Shown here one piece after another: positions 40,300 to 48,339 of a stretch of DNA of 64,000 nt; the stretch's first letter is position 1, and every line of letters begins with the position of its first letter. The DNA comes from Candidatus Poseidoniaceae archaeon (lineage in GTDB: Archaea > Thermoplasmatota > Poseidoniia > Poseidoniales > Poseidoniaceae), in the NCBI GenBank assembly GCA_943788655.1, contig CALSRB010000005.1, forward strand, positions 258,502 to 322,501. Direction: 5' to 3'. Made by a program: the position numbers and the translations under genes. The notes beneath the pieces were generated by a model that worked only from the letters and a program-made list of their open reading frames with translations, was not told the DNA's origin and made no database searches.

Positions 40300-43200
40300 T
40301 CATTCCCCCTTGAGCACACTGGCTAAGTCCGACTTCAATGCCCTGCGAGTGGTCACCAGAAGTGCCACAACAACTGCGGCGAACACTGCAAGCGACACCA
40401 AGATGATTTGAGACCATGGATAGACCAGCGTTCGCTGGATGGTGGTCGTTGAGCCTCCAAAGATTTGGAAGATGAATCCGAAGACGTCAAAGAACCCGTT
40501 AAAGGACAAGGCAAGACCGACACCGAGGACAATTCCGAGCGCCATTGAAACCATGACAATGGAGAGGATCTCGAACAACACCAACCGAATGATTTGGTTC
40601 GGAGATGCCCCAATGGCTTGGAGAACTGCGAGTTCCTTTTGCCTCTGGCTCAACACAAGTGAAAGGAAGACGAAACTTGAAGCGACAGCTGCGATGCTGG
40701 CGACGACGAATTGAAGCGAGAGCAATCCAGGTGTCCCAAAGATCAATCCTCCATTTCGCTCAACATCCTTGTGTGTGCTTGCCCAATCTTCGACGCTCGA
40801 GACGCGAGCGTCGGCAGATATCTTGGACCCCAAAGCCTCGAGTTCTTCGTTGTCTATGCCGTTCACATCAACAATCCATGTCGTTGATGTGTAATTATTG
40901 ACTTCATCATCGCCAACCAACGTGCGCCATGAGGATTCACCAATGATCAGTGAACCAAGGGCTGTAGCGGAGTTGACTCCAGGAATATATTCGTGGTTCC
41001 CCATGTAGTACATGTCTGCAGTGTAAGGCGTACTGGTGATTCTGACCGTGGTATCTGACAAGAACAACGGGGCTGCAAGCGGTGGTGGGACCAAAGAGGC
41101 ACCCGAAGCGCAGGATGTTTCTTCCGCAGCAGTGCCATCAGGGCAAGTCGCGTTGGTCAGTATTGCTTGAGATAAGTCAAAGAAACCGAACGCACCTTCA
41201 AGATTAGCGTCAGTGAAATCCGTTCCTTCAAGCGAGCCGCCCATGATGTTCACTAAGACGGTGTTTTGCAAGTTTGCACCTCTAAAATTGGCATATGACA
41301 AATCGGTGTTGACAAGAATGGATTCGCTCAAGTTGCTTTGAGCGAAATTCGAGCCTGTGAAGTTACCTCGTGAGAGGTCGACTCGGCCGATGTTGCGCCC
41401 ACTAAGGTCTTGTCCTGCGAGATCTAAATTGGACCAGTCGCTGTCCATCAAGAGAGTGTAGGCATCAAACAAAGCCATTGGGTCCGATTCATTTGAACCC
41501 CCGGTCGTGAAATTGAATTCGATTTTCTCCCATACGAGGGTGAGTGTTTTCGATTTATCATCGCCTGGTTTCAACAAGGTGTCATCGAGACGACCTTCTT
41601 CACCGCCTCGGCCTGATCCTGCCAGGTCAAGGGAGTACGCAGCGTCTTCTCCAGCGCTAAAGCCGCCTGCAGCGTAGGCTGCCAACGCATTATCGACATT
41701 GGAGCCCGGCAGAGCTTGTTCGCTCCATCGTAAGATGTCGCCGTTATTGTCCAGCAGAACATACGTTGGCAAGGTGTCGCCACCGTTGTTGTCGGCTAAG
41801 CCGATTTCAGCGACTGTTGTGGCCACTGGAGTGACACTCTCTTTGGTGAATTCACCGACAAGTTCGAGCAATGCAGTTTCGTTCAATGGTTGTTCAACCG
41901 TTATTTTGAGATCTGATCCGACTGTTGCATCAACCGTCTTTTCATCGACAAGAGTCCCTGTGTAACCTTGCACTGCTGCGAGGGTGACGATGGAAAGAGT
42001 GAGCAACATGATGACTGCCAAGCGGTTCACTGATTCAGCCGAACCCGATCCTTTCAAACCGCGTTTCACGTCCTTAAGAAGCGGCGTTCGACCAAAGATG
42101 ACCTGCATAATTTGAGGTCCACGTGCCCCGATGCGACCCAGCAAGAGAGCGCCGCCAATCCACAAAGCGAAGGGGCCAAAGATGTTAATCAGACCCTCGA
42201 AGAAGAAGTTGGATACAATACCATCTTCACTGCCATTGGATTCCAACCATGTGTCTGTTACCGCCAGCATACCAAAGAGGAAGGCAAGCCAGTGAAGCCA
42301 TCGCTTTGGTTCTGCAGCCTGACTTGTTTTGCGGACACCTTCTTCGATTTCGAGTTCAATGAATTGTCGCGAGCGGCTTCGTCCGAAGAGCAAGGCAAGT
42401 CCCAGTGTGGTCACTGCTGTGAAGATGGTGGAACCAATGGAGAGCGTTGGATTCACATCAAAATCACCCATCCTAAACTCCATGAAGCCCACCGCCGACA
42501 AGACAATCGGAACAGCCAACATCGCCAAGAGATACCCGGCGAGCCAAGCCACTGATGACATCACAAAGAGTTCCAGCAACACCATACCCTGCAGACTTTG
42601 ACCGTCGGCACCAATCACGCGATGAATGCTAATTTCCCGCCGCCGTTGTTCAAGCGAAAGGACAAGCCCGTAAATCAAAACTGAAATGGAAAGGAACACG
42701 ATTGGGATCATGATGATGTAATCGAAAATTTGAATCAGACCGAGGAAGATATTCAGGAACAAAATGGTTCCACTAATGATGTCAGTGTAGTACAGTTCAA
42801 CCCCTTCATCGGTATAAGAGCCGTCTTGTACCTCCGTGCCCAGTGCTTCCAACCATTCGGCTGCGTCGGCAGTTGATGTGGTCGGTAGTGCTCCCCGGTC
42901 AATTGTGGCACCGAGGTACATGTGATCGTTGTCCATCAGAACACTACGTTGCTCTTCTGTCATCACTTCCCATGTCGAAAAGATGGGATTGAATGGGAGG
43001 GTTGGGTTGCCGAAGTCCCATGGCTCATAGATGCCCATCACGGTGAGATTCTCAACGGTCATCCACATGCGACAGTAAATCATTTCATTGTTTTCAGGCG
43101 TGATCTCACCAGCACAATTTTCTTCAGTAACTGTTCCCTCGACGATGGTTGATTCATCAACGACGTAGGCAAAGGTGAGGGCGTCAAGAACATCTCCTAC

Positions 43201-43920
43201 ATTGGCTTGAGCCTCGCTCGCAATGGTTGAAGGGAGGATAACGCCGCGGTTGGCGGTCATGTTTTCTGGACTCGGCCATTCCCCTGCCCCAGCAATGATG
43301 TTTTCACTGTAGCGTTCAGCAAGTTCTCCGTCAAAGGCCTCAGGACCATAGAAACGAATGGCTCGCTTGTCTGAAATTGGTGGTCCAGCTTCTGCTGCTT
43401 CTGGGTAGTCGAACGTCACATTCCCCCAATATGGATTGGCATCATCCGTTACGATTCTCATTTCAAGTGGCTGAGCGACCACGAAGTCGATGTTGAATAA
43501 GCCCGCACTGTGGATGCCTTGACGGCCCAGGACAAGCGTACAGTCGTTAAACTGTGAGAATTCTTCCCGCAATTCATCGCATACTTCCACCATGGTCGAG
43601 GTGTTATTAGACCAGCCAGTGGCGTTCTCGACCGGTGTTCGAGCGTATTCGATTTTAGCATCAAGAGGTTCCGATTTGAGGGACTCTTCGAAAAAGAGTT
43701 GGGACAATCCAACGCCGTAGGCGAGCACGGTCGTGATGACAAGTGAAGCGAGAAAGACACCTGCAACAACCGCTAACCCTCGCTCTTTCCCACGCCAGGC
43801 CCCTTGACCTGCGAGGCGAAGACGAGTGGGGAGTTCCATTGCCTTGTGCTTTAGTCGGCCTAATCGCGAGCGTCCGGCGGAAAAGTCAGCGTCTTTTAGC
43901 TCATCTTTTGGTTCACTCAT
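40300..43920 (-). CDS. FtsX/MacB-family ABC permease with a pentapeptide-repeat insertion
   Basis: Two permease modules (QRRREISIHRVIGA, QRQKELAVLQAIGAS); A(D/N)LXX repeats in the second extracellular loop. Confidence 0.85.
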   Translation of the reverse strand: MSEPKDELKDADFSAGRSRLGRLKHKAMELPTRLRLAGQGAWRGKERGLAVVAGVFLASLVITTVLAYGVGLSQLFFEESLKSEPLDAKIEYARTPVENATGWSNNTSTMVEVCDELREEFSQFNDCTLVLGRQGIHSAGLFNIDFVVAQPLEMRIVTDDANPYWGNVTFDYPEAAEAGPPISDKRAIRFYGPEAFDGELAERYSENIIAGAGEWPSPENMTANRGVILPSTIASEAQANVGDVLDALTFAYVVDESTIVEGTVTEENCAGEITPENNEMIYCRMWMTVENLTVMGIYEPWDFGNPTLPFNPIFSTWEVMTEEQRSVLMDNDHMYLGATIDRGALPTTSTADAAEWLEALGTEVQDGSYTDEGVELYYTDIISGTILFLNIFLGLIQIFDYIIMIPIVFLSISVLIYGLVLSLEQRRREISIHRVIGADGQSLQGMVLLELFVMSSVAWLAGYLLAMLAVPIVLSAVGFMEFRMGDFDVNPTLSIGSTIFTAVTTLGLALLFGRSRSRQFIELEIEEGVRKTSQAAEPKRWLHWLAFLFGMLAVTDTWLESNGSEDGIVSNFFFEGLINIFGPFALWIGGALLLGRIGARGPQIMQVIFGRTPLLKDVKRGLKGSGSAESVNRLAVIMLLTLSIVTLAAVQGYTGTLVDEKTVDATVGSDLKITVEQPLNETALLELVGEFTKESVTPVATTVAEIGLADNNGGDTLPTYVLLDNNGDILRWSEQALPGSNVDNALAAYAAGGFSAGEDAAYSLDLAGSGRGGEEGRLDDTLLKPGDDKSKTLTLVWEKIEFNFTTGGSNESDPMALFDAYTLLMDSDWSNLDLAGQDLSGRNIGRVDLSRGNFTGSNFAQSNLSESILVNTDLSYANFRGANLQNTVLVNIMGGSLEGTDFTDANLEGAFGFFDLSQAILTNATCPDGTAAEETSCASGASLVPPPLAAPLFLSDTTVRITSTPYTADMYYMGNHEYIPGVNSATALGSLIIGESSWRTLVGDDEVNNYTSTTWIVDVNGIDNEELEALGSKISADARVSSVEDWASTHKDVERNGGLIFGTPGLLSLQFVVASIAAVASSFVFLSLVLSQRQKELAVLQAIGASPNQIIRLVLFEILSIVMVSMALGIVLGVGLALSFNGFFDVFGFIFQIFGGSTTTIQRTLVYPWSQIILVSLAVFAAVVVALLVTTRRALKSDLASVLKGE

Positions 43921-44642
43921 TCTTCTTCCCCTCCTTGTTCGTCATCAAGACCCCAGGCAGATCGGATGTCAGATGCCTCCGTACGTCCATCGTTGAGCAA
44001 CAACATTCGGTCGGCGTTTGAAGCCAAATCTGGGTCGTGTGTTACCATCAAAATTGAGACCGGATTCACAGCATCATGGCAGAGTTCTTTGAAGAGAGCC
44101 ATGACTTCCTTCCCGCTTGCAATGTCGAGGTTTCCAGTCGGTTCATCCGCTAGGAGGACGGGACGGTTGCCTGCGATTGCCCGAGCGATCGCAACGCGTT
44201 GTTGTTGACCACCTGAAAGTTGGTCTGGAATGAAGTCCATGCGATCTCCAAGGCCGACTTTTTCCAGCGCAACCTTAGCAGCTTGCACCGCATTGAAAGA
44301 TGGCATACCTGAAAGTTCGAGGGCCATGGCCACATTGTCAACAGCCGTGAGGTTGTCCAAGAGGTGGAAGTCTTGGAAAATCCAGCCAACGGATTCACGA
44401 CGAACATCGACGACTGAAGAGGGATTTTTGGTACCGTATTTCTTTTCACCGAGTGTGATCGATCCGCTGTCACCAGAAAGCAAGCCTCCAATGATGTTGA
44501 GCAACGTCGACTTCCCCGAGCCAGAAGGTCCCATCAATGCAACCATCTCGCCTTGTTTGATGCTCATGTCCACGCCTTTGAGGACTTGCAGTTTGTTGGA
44601 GCCAGACCCGAAAGCCTTCGTAAGATTGGTAACTTCTAGCAT
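43917..44642 (-). CDS. ABC ATPase (LolD-like)
   Basis: [29 protein letters not shown]. Confidence 0.92.
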   Translation of the reverse strand: MLEVTNLTKAFGSGSNKLQVLKGVDMSIKQGEMVALMGPSGSGKSTLLNIIGGLLSGDSGSITLGEKKYGTKNPSSVVDVRRESVGWIFQDFHLLDNLTAVDNVAMALELSGMPSFNAVQAAKVALEKVGLGDRMDFIPDQLSGGQQQRVAIARAIAGNRPVLLADEPTGNLDIASGKEVMALFKELCHDAVNPVSILMVTHDPDLASNADRMLLLNDGRTEASDIRSAWGLDDEQGGEEE

Positions 44643-44702
44643 GTGTGTTCCTCCTTGTATGTTCTTTTTTCTAAAATGGATATATCAATGCCTGTTTTAC
44701 AA

Positions 44703-45347
44703 TCAACTCATCGCATCCTCGTCGACAGGTCGTAAAATCAAATGGAGGGTTCGCCCGAGCAAGTCATGAAGCAACAGGGTTTCCTCTGAAGGTGGCTTGC
44801 CTTTGGTGTACGTCTGGAGCGTCGGTCCGTAAAATGCATCACCGACGCCATCAGTCAAATTCTGAAGAACCTCAATCGAAAGGTCAGTGCGCACCAGCCC
44901 CCATTCTTGGCCCAATCTGAGCCCTTCACGGAAATGGCTTTGAAGCGGTGCACTGCACACGACAAGCCGTTCGTAAATCGGGTGGTTCGAGGGGATCTGT
45001 TGGGAAACCATTTGCCCGATCTCAACAAAATCATTGTCATCCCAAAACCGCTCTGTAATGAGTCTGGATTCACGCATGTGAACCCAATAATCTGTTGGGG
45101 AAGTCGGTTGGCCATGCTCATCAAGGCGTAAACGAAGCGCATCCAATCCTTCTTTCATGACGGTGAAAAACAAATCTGCCTTGTCTTCAAACCAATAGTA
45201 AAACTGCCCTTTTGAAATTTCAAGTTCCTTTAGGAGCAGGTTGAGCGACGTAGCATCATAGCCATGAATCGCGAACTGAATTTTGGAAATCCCGAGCACC
45301 CGTTCCTTCTCCTCGTCAGGAAGATTGAGAAATCGGTTCAACGGCAT
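44703..45347 (-). CDS. TetR/AcrR family regulator
   Basis: F..HGY..TS and ISKGQFYYWFEDKADLF HTH. Confidence 0.88.
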   Translation of the reverse strand: MPLNRFLNLPDEEKERVLGISKIQFAIHGYDATSLNLLLKELEISKGQFYYWFEDKADLFFTVMKEGLDALRLRLDEHGQPTSPTDYWVHMRESRLITERFWDDNDFVEIGQMVSQQIPSNHPIYERLVVCSAPLQSHFREGLRLGQEWGLVRTDLSIEVLQNLTDGVGDAFYGPTLQTYTKGKPPSEETLLLHDLLGRTLHLILRPVDEDAMS

Positions 45348-45360
45348 GGCTTCACTTCAA

Positions 45361-45390
45361 ACCGCCGGTCTGACCCCCGGTATAAATATC
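45361..45390 (-). promoter_or_regulatory. Putative TetR operator palindrome adjacent to TATA box
   Basis: ACCG-cc-GGTC-t-GACC-cc-CGGT inverted repeat (45361-45381) between the TATTTATA box and the tetR start. Confidence 0.5.
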
Positions 45391-45539
45391 TTTGTCGGGG
45401 CTCCCAATCATCAAATTCGCAGGATAGAGAAGTCTTCGGTGCTATGTTGATCACCTCGAACGAGGTAAAACCCTCTGGCATTTTTGAAGAAAGCTACCGC
45501 TGAAGTGCACAGCAAATAACTGGCTCAAACGAGCGAGGT

Positions 45540-45731
45540 TCACTCGACCTTACTGACGCCAACGGCGTTTGGTCCCTTTGGACTTTCGCCGATTTCGAAA
45601 GTGACGGTATCACCGTCGGTGATTTCTCCGGTAACTTCGGAGATGTGCACGAAGAGATCGTCGCCACCCTCAATTTCAATAAATCCGAATCCTTTTACTT
45701 GGTTAAACCACTTGACAGTTCCTTGCGCCAT
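45540..45731 (-). CDS. cspA: Cold-shock protein
   Basis: GTVKWFN..KGFGFI and DLFVHIS RNP motifs. Confidence 0.92.
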   Translation of the reverse strand: MAQGTVKWFNQVKGFGFIEIEGGDDLFVHISEVTGEITDGDTVTFEIGESPKGPNAVGVSKVE

Positions 45732-45804
45732 ATTCCCGTCTCAATGCATCAAGTACTTGAGGAAGATGGATGGGGGAACAGGCAAAGTAGCGGAGTTTCG
45801 ACCT

Positions 45805-46776
45805 TCAAGACTCGGCCGAAGCGCTTGTTTGGGCACTTTTTCTCATGAGGCTGGTGAACAATGGAGGAAGAAGAGCAGCCCAGAACATCACGTAGTAGCC
45901 AAACGGCAATTGAGGTGCTTCGTCGTGGACATCCAACCGATGGTAAGGGGTGCTCGCTTTGAGATGATGTGATGGGTGAAGGGGAAGTTCAAGGAGGGTC
46001 CAACGGGACCAACGATGACGGCTTTCCCAAGCATGCGTGGCGTTCGGTCGCTCATCGGCACCTCGCTGCAAACCGTGATGTTGGAGGTAATTGACATATT
46101 CGACGAGGAAAATGGCTACGGCGGCCTGAGAAACAAAGGCCAAACAAAGCACTGGACTGTACACACCAAGGCACAGCAAGAACGTCGCCTCGAGTGCCAA
46201 TGATCGACCGGTGTCTTTTGGTCGAGCCTTCCATGCCCCGCGAATTTGCAACGGCACCGTTCGCAGCACATGGAAGTAGAGGTTTCGCCCCCAGGGCGAG
46301 GAAGTTGGATCGACCGGGCGAGCCCAGTGTCTGTGGTGAGTGTGGTTGTGCTCAACCGTGAAGTGTAGGTAAAGAACGCTGAACAAGTCAAGGCGAGCAA
46401 GCCACCAGCTCGTTGAGCGAAGGCGACGGTGACCAAGTTCATGGGCAGCGACGATGCCTGAGCCGCCGGTACTCAAGCCTGTTGAAATGACGCCCAACCA
46501 GACAAAACCGTTCAGTCCGTCGATTGAAACTCGCCATAGAAGGGTGACGACAAGGATCGGAACGAGAAGACCGTGAAGGTGGAGAATGATGTTGTGGGCT
46601 CGACCTTCTTGGAGGGGGTTCGTACTGGTGCTCTTTCCTGCGATGAGTTCGATCAGTGGATACACCAAAAGAACGGTGAAAATGGTCAGTCCCATCCACC
46701 ACGATCCAGCGAGCAGGCTGGCCAAGGTCATGGCAGGAGCAACAAGACCCAGCACGTGTGGTTGCCACTTGTTCAT
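45805..46776 (-). CDS. AlkB-like membrane di-iron hydroxylase/desaturase
   Basis: His boxes HELGH, EHNHTHH, NYLQHHG, HPSHH; EAPQLPFGY. Confidence 0.85.
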   Translation of the reverse strand: MNKWQPHVLGLVAPAMTLASLLAGSWWMGLTIFTVLLVYPLIELIAGKSTSTNPLQEGRAHNIILHLHGLLVPILVVTLLWRVSIDGLNGFVWLGVISTGLSTGGSGIVAAHELGHRRLRSTSWWLARLDLFSVLYLHFTVEHNHTHHRHWARPVDPTSSPWGRNLYFHVLRTVPLQIRGAWKARPKDTGRSLALEATFLLCLGVYSPVLCLAFVSQAAVAIFLVEYVNYLQHHGLQRGADERPNATHAWESRHRWSRWTLLELPLHPSHHLKASTPYHRLDVHDEAPQLPFGYYVMFWAALLPPLFTSLMRKSAQTSASAES

Positions 46777-46813
46777 GTGGCTTCATCGGCGGGTGGGTTA
46801 AGTGGCTTTGCAA

Positions 46814-46930
46814 TCACTGGCCCGATAAGAATCGGAAAAGTCGGGTGAAAAACGAAGGTCGGAAGATTCCATTGTTGGTTTCTTGGCGATCCATGACGGT
46901 ATCGACGTATGAAGAGAGGTAGGCGTCCAT
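46814..46930 (-). CDS. 38-aa microprotein (paralog B)
   Basis: MDAYLSSYVDTVMDRQETNNGIFRPSFFTRLFRFLSGQ*; ATG overlaps the upstream TGA (TGATG); paralogous to the upstream microprotein. Confidence 0.7.
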   Translation of the reverse strand: MDAYLSSYVDTVMDRQETNNGIFRPSFFTRLFRFLSGQ

Positions 46931-47094
46931 CAGAGTTGACCCCCATCGATGTGGAATGTACCACGTGCGTTTGGCGTTGCTCGATAATCAGCAATTGCAT
47001 GGATGATGGTTTCCATGACGTTCGCAAATATACCATTGCGATGGTTTTGCTGATCCATTACTGCGTCGATGTATGTTTCTAGTTCGATGTCCAT
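46930..47094 (-). CDS. 54-aa microprotein (paralog A)
   Basis: MDIELETYIDAVMDQQNHRNGIFANVMETIIHAIADYRATPNARGTFHIDGGQL*; GAGGGA RBS and an AT-rich promoter-like region upstream. Confidence 0.7.
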   Translation of the reverse strand: MDIELETYIDAVMDQQNHRNGIFANVMETIIHAIADYRATPNARGTFHIDGGQL

Positions 47095-47217
47095 GTTTGT
47101 TCCCTCTGAAGCTTGTTTGTCTTCAGTGTATATTTGTAACCGGACCTATATCAACCAGTGGTGAATTCGCCAACACATAGGTGCAATAATAAAAGTAGAT
47201 GTTCTTAAAAACACTGA

Positions 47218-48258
47218 TTAGTCGATGCGTTGCAGTTCACTGAATACCTTCATGTTGAGCAGGATTTCCCCAAAATCTCGAGCGTATGCACACAATCTCC
47301 GAACTGACTCCGAGAGCCGCAAATCAAAGGCCATCCACTGATTTGAGCGATGGTGTTCGAGGACGTCTTGCTCGTGTGCGAGCAATCGCCGTTGTGCTTC
47401 TTTGAGGTCGTAGCGAGCCGCTTCAATACGATTTGAGTCACGTGTACGGATGTTGATCATCAGTTCTTTTAGGCTCCCTTGCCAAATCGGTAGTTGCTCC
47501 AATGGCGTCATGCTGATCATGTTCTTTGTGATCTTTGGATGTTCGATGACCAGGTTTGCGATGCTGAATGAATGGTCCATCATGCGTTCGAGCGCCCTGG
47601 CAAGATTAGCATATTCGACAGCTTGCGTTCGTGTGAGGTTGAGTTGTGTGGCCACTGCGTGCGAATCAAGAAGAATTCGAACCTGGCGGTCAATCAGGTA
47701 CAGCAGGGCGTCGACTTCATTCTCTCGCTCTTCTGCGTCAGTGATGTATGAGCGGCTTTCGCCCTCAAACACGCTGATGATGTCCCGGGTTAACGAAGTC
47801 ACTTGCAAGTACATGCGGTTGAGGCTTGCGTGAAGCGGCATGTCGCCAGCATTCATCAAGCACTTGAGTTGAATGCTGTTTTCTGATTCATCCATGATTT
47901 CAAAGCCGCGGGTGCTTCGCAAGAACCTTCTCACTTGGACGCTCACATCCTTCGCCTCGTCAGTTCGATGGACAATCTGAATCTCATCAGAACCCGATAT
48001 GTAGGCACCCATCAAATGGTCGTGCAGACTGTTTTCAGGCAAATTTTTGGTTGTAAAAAACGCCTTATGGAGCAGTTGCTCTTTGGCATCTAAAGGCGTA
48101 ATCCGCAAGGCCCCACTTGGCCGCCAGTCGACCCGCAACGAGTCGCGTGCTGCAAGACCTTGTGCCATTACCCACGGCTTTGGGAGGCTGACTGTGAACG
48201 TGCTGCCGCCTGTGGACTGGAGTTTGCGGACTTCGTTTTTTCCTTCACCGATTGACAT
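47218..48258 (-). CDS. phoU: Archaeal phosphate-uptake regulator (AbrB-like N-terminus + PhoU domains)
   Basis: RKLQSTGGSTFTVSLPKPWV, GAYISG, E.EVD, LERMMDH. Confidence 0.9.
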   Translation of the reverse strand: MSIGEGKNEVRKLQSTGGSTFTVSLPKPWVMAQGLAARDSLRVDWRPSGALRITPLDAKEQLLHKAFFTTKNLPENSLHDHLMGAYISGSDEIQIVHRTDEAKDVSVQVRRFLRSTRGFEIMDESENSIQLKCLMNAGDMPLHASLNRMYLQVTSLTRDIISVFEGESRSYITDAEERENEVDALLYLIDRQVRILLDSHAVATQLNLTRTQAVEYANLARALERMMDHSFSIANLVIEHPKITKNMISMTPLEQLPIWQGSLKELMINIRTRDSNRIEAARYDLKEAQRRLLAHEQDVLEHHRSNQWMAFDLRLSESVRRLCAYARDFGEILLNMKVFSELQRID

Positions 48259-48339
48259 TGGAACACCCTCTCCCAATAAATACCTCTATATAGAATATAC
48301 ATGGTTTTGGATATATACTGAATTTGAGTAGAGCAACAC
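48259..48339. promoter_or_regulatory. Divergent phoU/pit promoter with repeated TATATA/ATATAC boxes
   Basis: 81-bp AT-rich spacer containing CTATATAG, AATATAC and GATATATAC. Confidence 0.5.
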
